Below, piece by piece: positions 7,052 through 12,302 of a stretch of 12,713 nt of DNA. Position 1 is the stretch's first letter. Every line of letters begins with the position of its first letter. Source of the DNA: Burkholderiaceae bacterium (GTDB lineage: Bacteria; Pseudomonadota; Gammaproteobacteria; Burkholderiales; Burkholderiaceae); the NCBI GenBank assembly GCA_947472645.1, contig CANJBQ010000066.1, positions 1 through 12,713 on the forward strand, written 5' to 3'. The notes under the pieces were generated by a model, which saw nothing but the letters and a program-made list of their open reading frames with translations, was not told the origin of the DNA and did not search any database. Made by a program: the position numbers and the translations under genes.

Positions 7052-7972
7052 TTACACATTCTCAGCAAATCGCTCTTCGCTAGCCTGTTTGACATCATCA
7101 GTGGTCTTGTAAACAGCATTTGCTTCAACACCAAGATCCCACATGTCAGGTCTTAACGCTCCTTTTGTGTAGAAACGTTTAGCATCCTCATAACGCTGTT
7201 CCTTACGACGATCCACAATCTTCATCATGGCATCCGATAACACAAACTTAATCGGAAGCCTTGCTGATACTTCGTTTAAAGCCTTTTGTATCGCTCGCAC
7301 ATCAGTGTCATCAGGAATCTGAGTAAACATCATCTTGCCGAACACATAACCCACATTCTTTTTGTCATACGACAGTGGCTCGACAATCCGCTTAATCTCT
7401 TTTGTAGAGTTCAGCAAGTAGTCCAAGCGTTTGCCCTTCAGTGTTGCTAGAGACTGCCCATTTTTGACCATTTCGTCAAAATGATCAGCAGGTATCTGCG
7501 TAATCAAGTAGATGTTGGTCCACGTTGAAGGAAGCTGATCTGCGTATTGAATAAATCGAGGATACAGCTTGCCGATTGTGCAGAACTTACGAATCGAGCT
7601 ACTGTAGTCAGTGAATCCAATCTCTTTGCAGAAATCTCTAAACTGAAAGCCATCGAGACTGCGACTAGCTTCATAGACAACACGACACATCTCTAACGTA
7701 GAACGAGCCGTTTTCTCTGCACTAGCCTTGAAAGCACTCACATACTCCTCCTGCGTCTTAGCAACGATGTTCTGATCATCTTCCGAAGACGCTTCAAGAC
7801 TGACCTCCACCTGATAACTAAGATTTGCTTCGTCTTGATTATCTTCAAGCTGATCCGTAGCTTCATCCTCAGTGATGAAGTTGACTGGTGCCTGAATTGC
7901 TTCAAGACGAATTGAAGCTAAGTTTTGGGTCTCTGTAGAAACAACATCTTTTGTTACATTTGCGTTTTGCAT
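7052..7972 (-). CDS. hypothetical protein (306 aa) with an acidic N-terminal third and a helix-rich central region
   Basis: Strong SD (AAAGGAG, 8 nt spacing) and ATG start. The N-terminus is rich in D/E/Q (EDEATDQLEDNQDEA...SSEDDQ). The centre, LEMCRVVYEASRSLDGFQFRDFCKEIGFTDYSSSIRKFCTIGKLYPRF, loosely recalls DUF3102-like plasmid/phage proteins. That recollection is from memory and unverified. Confidence 0.75.
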   Translation of the reverse strand: MQNANVTKDVVSTETQNLASIRLEAIQAPVNFITEDEATDQLEDNQDEANLSYQVEVSLEASSEDDQNIVAKTQEEYVSAFKASAEKTARSTLEMCRVVYEASRSLDGFQFRDFCKEIGFTDYSSSIRKFCTIGKLYPRFIQYADQLPSTWTNIYLITQIPADHFDEMVKNGQSLATLKGKRLDYLLNSTKEIKRIVEPLSYDKKNVGYVFGKMMFTQIPDDTDVRAIQKALNEVSARLPIKFVLSDAMMKIVDRRKEQRYEDAKRFYTKGALRPDMWDLGVEANAVYKTTDDVKQASEERFAENV

Positions 7973-8071
7973 CGTAATTCTCCTTTAGTAAGTCAGCCTA
8001 GATACCCTGGCAGGATTGCCTTGTTAGAAAAATATCTGTGCTGATGGAGTGAACTGTATCGCTGAGTGCAT

Positions 8072-8122
8072 TTATTGCGCAAATGTACTTTTTTTGTGTT
8101 GTGTAAATGATTTGCGCAATAA
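8072..8122. promoter_or_regulatory. 13-bp inverted repeat pair centred on the palindrome TTGCGCAA (candidate operator overlapping a candidate promoter of the 306-aa gene)
   Basis: TTATTGCGCAAAT (8072-8084) and ATTTGCGCAATAA (8110-8122) are perfect reverse complements, 25 nt apart. On the minus strand, TTGCGC (8082-8077), an 18-nt spacer and TACAGT (8058-8053) form a plausible -35/-10 pair about 80 nt upstream of the ATG at 7972. Confidence 0.4.
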
Positions 8123-8160
8123 TTCCTTGGTTGCCAGTAAAGGGTTTGCGGTCGATTTGG
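8112..8160. repeat. 49-nt iteron-like direct repeat, copy 1
   Basis: TTGCGCAATAATTC...TGCGGTCGATTTGG. 41/49 positions are identical to 8217-8265, and both 14-nt ends are perfect. The period is 105 nt. Confidence 0.85.
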
Positions 8161-8216
8161 AGTTTAAAAAGTGTGGTTTTTTGATAGGGTAAAAATAGCA
8201 GTGTGGTAAAAAAGAC

Positions 8217-8265
8217 TTGCGCAATAATTCGATGGTCTCCTATAAAGGCTCTGCGGTCGATTTGG
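8217..8265. repeat. 49-nt iteron-like direct repeat, copy 2
   Basis: See copy 1. AGTGTGGT also recurs between the two copies (8170-8177 and 8200-8207). Confidence 0.85.
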
Positions 8266-8357
8266 TCATTAGAAAATCAATCTAAAAAGGACTGATTTAA
8301 GCTCTTTGAAAAATATTTTATAAATATTTATTTTTGTGCTTTTTCTGTCAAAAAACG

Positions 8358-8388
8358 AAAAATTGAACATTGTTCCGATGCGGAACAA
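8358..8388. repeat. Core-site-like repeat, copy 2 (AAAAATTGAACATTGTTCC-GATG-CGGAACAA)
   Basis: Direct copy of 6995-7024. It contains TTGTTC-N7-GAACAA and ends 1 nt before the stop codon (8390-8392) of the 188-aa recombinase. On the minus strand it is followed by a T-rich tract, so it may also act as that gene's terminator. Confidence 0.9.
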
Positions 8389-8389
8389 G

Positions 8390-8956
8390 TTAAATGAGTT
8401 CTATGGCATTACGTTTCATATCATCGTTGGTGTCGATATATTTCTGTGTAACAGCAATTGATTTATGGCCGGCTAAACTGGCTAAGACTCTGACAGAGAT
8501 ACCTTTATTCGCCAAGGTCGTAATGAAGTTTCTTCTTCCTGAATGACTACTGGCTCCGCTGATACCTGCACCACGATACATGGTAAAGAACCATACACAT
8601 AGGCCATTCGCTGTAAATCCGCCTTTTCTATGTGTGTAAAAGAAGGGGAGTTGTGGGTAAAACGTATATCTTGTTTTGAAGTAATTGGCTAATTCGATAC
8701 GAAGTTTTGTTGGTAGAAAGACCGTTCTTGGCTGACCACCTTTGGTTTGTTCTGCACTCAAGCGTATTTCTGCTTTAATCGTGCCATCTTCATTCACAAC
8801 ATCACCCATTTTGAGTGCGGCTATTTCGCCTACACGTAGTCCTGACCAAAAACTGGTGAGAAAGATTGCACGATTTCGCTCTGGTAACTTTCTGGTTGAT
8901 ACATAGCGTAATACTTGATCGAGTTCTGCTTGAGTGAGTGTTTTTGCTTGAGCCAT
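8390..8956 (-). CDS. Small tyrosine recombinase (188 aa), catalytic domain only, FimB/FimE-sized
   Basis: Full catalytic set: WSGLRVGEI (Arg I), TKGGQPR (Lys), HSGRRNF (H-x-x-R) and GHKSIAVTQKY (His, Tyr). Only about 20 aa precede the catalytic domain, so there is no N-terminal core-binding domain. The SD is AAGGAAAAG. Confidence 0.9.
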   Translation of the reverse strand: MAQAKTLTQAELDQVLRYVSTRKLPERNRAIFLTSFWSGLRVGEIAALKMGDVVNEDGTIKAEIRLSAEQTKGGQPRTVFLPTKLRIELANYFKTRYTFYPQLPFFYTHRKGGFTANGLCVWFFTMYRGAGISGASSHSGRRNFITTLANKGISVRVLASLAGHKSIAVTQKYIDTNDDMKRNAIELI

Positions 8957-9014
8957 TTGTCTTTTCCTTTATTAAGATAAAACTACTATTAGTATGTTTC
9001 CTTTTGCTGTTTTG

Positions 9015-9169
9015 GACGACCTGTATTTAAAAAGTAAAGATCTTCCAAGAATCAACGACTTAATACACTTGGCTAAGAAAAGTACGATTTCCTTAGCCAA
9101 AAATATCTATATGTATTTATGTTCTCTTGTCGTCTTTTGACGACGAATCTTTAACTTAAGTAGTCGTTG
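9015..9169. promoter_or_regulatory. Cluster of (G/A)ACGAC motifs and inverted repeats upstream of the small recombinase gene
   Basis: Motif copies: GACGAC 9015-9020, AACGAC 9054-9059, GTCGTC-TTTT-GACGAC 9129-9144, GTCGTT 9163-9168. The 8-bp inverted repeat CAACGACT (9053-9060) / AGTCGTTG (9162-9169) encloses about 100 bp. That enclosed stretch also holds TTGGCTAAG-N14-CTTAGCCAA (9069-9100). Confidence 0.4.
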
Positions 9170-9177
9170 TTTAAAAC

Positions 9178-9256
9178 AAGCCCTACAAGCAATTTGACGA
9201 GCATCTAAGTATTCGACACTTAGCTTTATTGAGATCTTTGCTTATAGGGCTTTTTT
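9178..9256. terminator. Nested stem-loop with flanking T/A runs; probable terminator of the 9269-9724 gene, possibly bidirectional
   Basis: AAGCCCTACAAGC (9178-9190) pairs with GCTTATAGGGCTT (9240-9252), giving 13 bp with 1 mismatch. An inner hairpin is CTAAGT/ACTTAG (9205-9210 / 9218-9223). On the plus strand TTTTTT follows; on the minus strand GTTTTAAA follows. Confidence 0.45.
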
Positions 9257-9268
9257 GAGGTGGATTTA

Positions 9269-9724
9269 CTACTTGTGATTAAGGTCTACATTCGTCGCAA
9301 TAAACACTGGTTTATTGGCACCTCCGGATTTGCAGTGATGTGCTCGTAAATCCCATTGCTCATTGGTTCCATTTTGAACATCAATAACTTCGATATGTAG
9401 TTCACCTGTGGATTGCAGATAGATACAGTAGCCATCGACAGAAGTCTTGGTTTTGGTCAGTGGTTCGTAATGGATGATCCAAGATAAAACCAATCCCTCA
9501 ACAGAGCTGACATTACATTGATCGAGTTTCTTTAATACTTCGATTTGTGCATCCGATTTAGCAGTATGCTGAAACTGCTCATAATCATAAAAGTCTACGA
9601 GGTACTTCTGATTGGGATTGTGTAGTTCCACAGATCCGTTATAAATGGCTCGCCGAAATAATCCTTTGCCATAGGTGGTGTTGTACTTCTCATTGATAAA
9701 ACCTCTGATTGCTATTTCTCTCAT
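9269..9724 (-). CDS. hypothetical protein (151 aa from ATG 9724; the track's 157-aa version starts at TTG 9742)
   Basis: AAGGAG lies 6 nt upstream of the ATG at 9724-9722, so I prefer that start. No motif recognised. Confidence 0.6.
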   Translation of the reverse strand: MREIAIRGFINEKYNTTYGKGLFRRAIYNGSVELHNPNQKYLVDFYDYEQFQHTAKSDAQIEVLKKLDQCNVSSVEGLVLSWIIHYEPLTKTKTSVDGYCIYLQSTGELHIEVIDVQNGTNEQWDLRAHHCKSGGANKPVFIATNVDLNHK

Positions 9725-9785
9725 ATCTTTCTCCTTGTTCAATTTGATTGAGTTCTCGTTGCTAGTCGCTGGGTTGGTTACAGAG

Positions 9786-9924
9786 AGATCTCAAAAAGAT
9801 CAGTTGCAGTGAGTGGTGTTGCAGATCTCAAAAAAGGAGTTGCCGAGTAAGGTTGCTTGGTGAGTAACCAAGTCAGAGTTACTCATTTGCCACCCGAGTA
9901 ACTACTCAAACTATACTAAGTAAC
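9786..9924. promoter_or_regulatory. Array of short repeats in the divergent intergenic region
   Basis: AGATCTCAAAAA occurs twice (9786-9797 and 9823-9834). GAGTAAC-type motifs lie at 9845 (GAGTAAG), 9862-9868, 9878-9884 (inverted), 9896-9902 and 9918-9924 (AAGTAAC), spaced about 17-22 nt apart. One 7-bp inverted pair is separated by 9 nt. Confidence 0.5.
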
Positions 9925-10006
9925 AGCAACTTCTTTTTATCTTCTTGCGACCTACACTGTGTAACCAAGCAACTCGCAAAAGTATTTATGCCTCGTTAAC
10001 AAAATC

Positions 10007-10019
10007 CACGAATTTCGTG
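10007..10019. promoter_or_regulatory. Perfect palindrome CACGAA-T-TTCGTG, candidate operator upstream of the 146-aa gene
   Basis: 13-nt palindrome about 100 nt upstream of the ATG at 10120, just after a TTAACA -35-like hexamer. No convincing -10 element was found. Confidence 0.3.
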
Positions 10020-10119
10020 CTCAAAATGAACAGAAAAGCAGATATTGGCAAAAAGAGGTCGACCAAATCCGAAATCAGGTAATACATTAAGTGTGCCCAT
10101 CAACTAATAGGAGAATGAA

Positions 10120-10560
10120 ATGAGCACATTAAGTACATTGAAGTTAGTGGCAGTCAAAAAACCAACCCATATGCCGGTGATAGTGATACGCAGAAACAAG
10201 TTATCTAGCAAACTCTGGGAGCAGATCCAATTAGCCAAAAGCCAATTAACTGGCACCCCATTTGTGGTGACAAAATACAAAAGCATTGTTGATCGAGAAA
10301 CAGGACTTCGTAAACAGGTGGAACTGCCAAAACGCATCAAGCCATGGTGGTTTGTATCGGATTCAGGCAAAGTTTGTTTTTCGGTACGTTATGGGTCATG
10401 GACGATTGAACTAGCCAAGGGTAAGCCCAGCGTAGAAGTGGCAAGTGCTGACGACTTGGTCAAGGCATTAGAAACTGTGAAACACGCAGTCGAAGCAGGG
10501 GAGTTAGATACTGAGATTGAGAAAGCAAGTGCGAGCTTAAGGTCAGGCTTTAAGCGATAG
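10120..10560 (+). CDS. conserved hypothetical protein (146 aa), a type I recall seeing beside integrases in proteobacterial genomic islands
   Basis: AGGAGA lies 6 nt before the ATG. The pattern RRNKLSSKLWEQIQLA...KRIKPWWF...GKVCFSVRYG...ELAKGK...AVEAGELD matches a recurrent island-borne family from memory. The family name is uncertain and unverified. Confidence 0.7.
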   Translation: MSTLSTLKLVAVKKPTHMPVIVIRRNKLSSKLWEQIQLAKSQLTGTPFVVTKYKSIVDRETGLRKQVELPKRIKPWWFVSDSGKVCFSVRYGSWTIELAKGKPSVEVASADDLVKALETVKHAVEAGELDTEIEKASASLRSGFKR

Positions 10561-10569
10561 GGTCTATAT

Positions 10570-10592
10570 AAGCGTCCAGAAATTGGACGCTT
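10570..10592 (+). other. 9-bp perfect hairpin without a U-tract between the 146-aa and 101-aa genes
   Basis: AAGCGTCCA-GAAAT-TGGACGCTT, followed by AACTCTC. It is not a canonical terminator. It could be an attenuator, a processing site or a binding site. Confidence 0.4.
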
Positions 10593-10636
10593 AACTCTCA
10601 CAGGGGCGCCTAGACTAAGAATTCATAAATAATTAC

Positions 10637-10942
10637 ATGAACAAATATGTAGCCAGTATTCGTATTAAAGGATCCTCAGTTCAAACTATAGTGTTTGCTG
10701 ATAGTCAATTACATGCGCGACTTATCCTTCAGTATCAATTTGGCATGGATTCATTACAGTCTGTGCCTATTCAGGTTAATGAGGCCAGCACTATTAAACC
10801 TATGTCTCCAGAGCAGGCTAGGATTAATGCTTTAAAGCAATATAAAAAGAATGCCACTCAAGCTATCAAAACTGAACGTGATCGGCAAAAGATACATCAC
10901 GCACAACAGCAAATTACCCAAGCGATCAATCCAAAGAACTAA
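10637..10942 (+). CDS. hypothetical protein (101 aa)
   Basis: ORF with an ATG start and a weak SD, on the same strand as and 76 nt downstream of the 146-aa gene. The C-terminal half is Q/K-rich and looks helical. Confidence 0.5.
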   Translation: MNKYVASIRIKGSSVQTIVFADSQLHARLILQYQFGMDSLQSVPIQVNEASTIKPMSPEQARINALKQYKKNATQAIKTERDRQKIHHAQQQITQAINPKN

Positions 10943-10962
10943 GCTTCAAATACTTAGGCGCT

Positions 10963-10990
10963 TGAATTCAGTAAAGTTAAGCTCATCTGG
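10963..10990. repeat. 28-nt direct repeat, right copy (TGAATTCAGTAAAGTTAAGCTCATCTGG)
   Basis: 26/28 positions are identical to 1912-1939 in the same orientation. It lies 21 nt after the stop of the 101-aa ORF. Confidence 0.9.
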
Positions 10991-11006
10991 CTGTTCCCCA
11001 TAGTTA

Positions 11007-11039
11007 GTTGTAGTGTCGTGTTTAACACGATACTACAAC
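11007..11039. other. 14-bp stem hairpin with no U-tract on either strand
   Basis: GTTGTAGTGTCGTG-TTTAA-CACGATACTACAAC, with one G:T position. It sits 17 nt to the right of the 28-nt repeat. Confidence 0.6.
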
Positions 11040-11152
11040 ACACTTCACCAATATCCTCAAAGCTTTCAATCCCACCCTCAAACTAGGTGTCAAGGCTAGT
11101 CGGGATCGTGTTGAGGGTTTGAGAAAGGTGATAAGACAGAATAACGTAAAGA

Positions 11153-12277
11153 CTAGAATTTTTTGGAGAATTTAATTAAGAACAAATTACTTAATTGGGA
11201 ATATACGGCAGTTGATTTCCATGTATAGCTGAAGCTTATTATGGAATTTGTCTCTGGTAATGGGATTGCATAATAAGGTGTAAAAGATAAGTAACGCATT
11301 CTGTTACCATCTGAGTTGGGTGTGTTAACAGAATAGAGGTAGCCTGATATAGACGTTGGTGTTCCAAGATAGTCATCAGTTACTTGATTAACATGGATAG
11401 TATTGATGCCGAAAATACCCACTTCAGGAACTTTTGTTAAACCACTTAGTTCAGTAATAACAACATTACCACTACTATAGGTTGAATTGGAATTTGTTGA
11501 ATTGTGTTGATAAGAAATTCTCCCAGCCAATGCTAATTTGGAATCATTGTAGATTACAGCCGCAGTTGGTGTGTATGACCAATAGCCCAAACCGATATTG
11601 ACTGGTGTTGTTACGTTATAATTACCTGTTGGGGCTGTAACTCCAAAACCTAAAACAAATTTAGTACGATCGATGTTTTTTGACCAGGCACCTTCGGTAA
11701 CTAAATCTCCAACACCAGAATCTGAGGCGCTATTCGCAGAATTTAAATTAATAATATATTTTTGTGCTAAAGAGTTAGCGGCATTAGAGCAGTTACTCCC
11801 AGACAATGTACTACAAGTGACATTTGAAATTGAAGATAAACTAATATTTGGTGATCGCGTTAAATCTAAGATAGGAATTGAAGTAGATAAGTTAAATTCC
11901 CCTCCCAAAAATGGATCTTTAAATGAATACCCACTAACCAGATTAAATCCTGTAATTTTTTGTGAGAAATTTGCATTAATATTTAAAACACCAGAAACAG
12001 TTCCTGAAACAGGGGAGCCAATTGGAGTTTTTGAAACTATTGTTGGGTTTATGTTGGTTCCATCACCAAATGCCACCCCTGTTACTTCCCCCCTTAAAGC
12101 AGATATAGACCCAAAAAATCCATACGAAGCAGAATCTACAGAGGTAGCAATATCAGCACCGAGTTTGCCAATTTGTGAGTAATGAATTCTTTGATTTTCT
12201 AATGCAGAAACAGTGAAATTACATAATATTAGTGTGAAAAATATTAAAGACTTTATTCGACGAAAATTTATAAGCAT
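11153..12277 (-). CDS. Outer-membrane beta-barrel protein (374 aa)
   Basis: N-terminal signal peptide: basic RRIK, a hydrophobic core, and a likely cleavage site at VSA|LE. The body is rich in S/T/N/G with alternating hydrophobic residues. The terminal residue is Phe (...FSKKF), typical of OMP beta-barrels. The family is unconfirmed; it may be MetA/phenol-degradation-like. Confidence 0.7.
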   Translation of the reverse strand: MLINFRRIKSLIFFTLILCNFTVSALENQRIHYSQIGKLGADIATSVDSASYGFFGSISALRGEVTGVAFGDGTNINPTIVSKTPIGSPVSGTVSGVLNINANFSQKITGFNLVSGYSFKDPFLGGEFNLSTSIPILDLTRSPNISLSSISNVTCSTLSGSNCSNAANSLAQKYIINLNSANSASDSGVGDLVTEGAWSKNIDRTKFVLGFGVTAPTGNYNVTTPVNIGLGYWSYTPTAAVIYNDSKLALAGRISYQHNSTNSNSTYSSGNVVITELSGLTKVPEVGIFGINTIHVNQVTDDYLGTPTSISGYLYSVNTPNSDGNRMRYLSFTPYYAIPLPETNSIISFSYTWKSTAVYSQLSNLFLIKFSKKF

Positions 12278-12302
12278 GAAGACATCAAGAATTGCTTCTG
12301 AA

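Noticed and set aside
6995-8388. Integron cassette / attC interpretation of the bracketed 306-aa gene
   Set aside because: Neither recombinase has the size of an integron integrase (about 320-340 aa). The repeats are short simple hairpins rather than 57-141 nt imperfect attC palindromes. The GTTAAAT after copy 2 is probably a coincidental match to GTTRRRY.
8994-9140. 48-aa plus-strand ORF in the intergenic region upstream of the small recombinase
   Set aside because: It has no RBS and runs through the motif and inverted-repeat cluster. The composition is typical of a chance ORF.
10104-10601. Minus-strand ORFs 10104-10370 and 10389-10601, opposite the 146-aa gene
   Set aside because: The plus-strand gene has a strong SD and a conserved-looking sequence. 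The antisense ORFs lack starts with an RBS.
5713-11125. Weak C-rich/AAA similarity between the block edges (CGCCCAAACCCCAAATAG at about 5713-5731 versus CCCACCCTCAAACTAGG at 11071-11087 and its partial complement near 11111-11123) as terminal repeats
   Set aside because: The similarity amounts to only about 9-10 scattered matches with indels. That is insufficient to call terminal repeats.
11673-12182. 169-aa plus-strand ORF inside the OMP gene
   Set aside because: It is antisense to an ORF with a signal peptide and a C-terminal Phe beta-barrel signature. The translation is Pro/Glu-rich with no start context.
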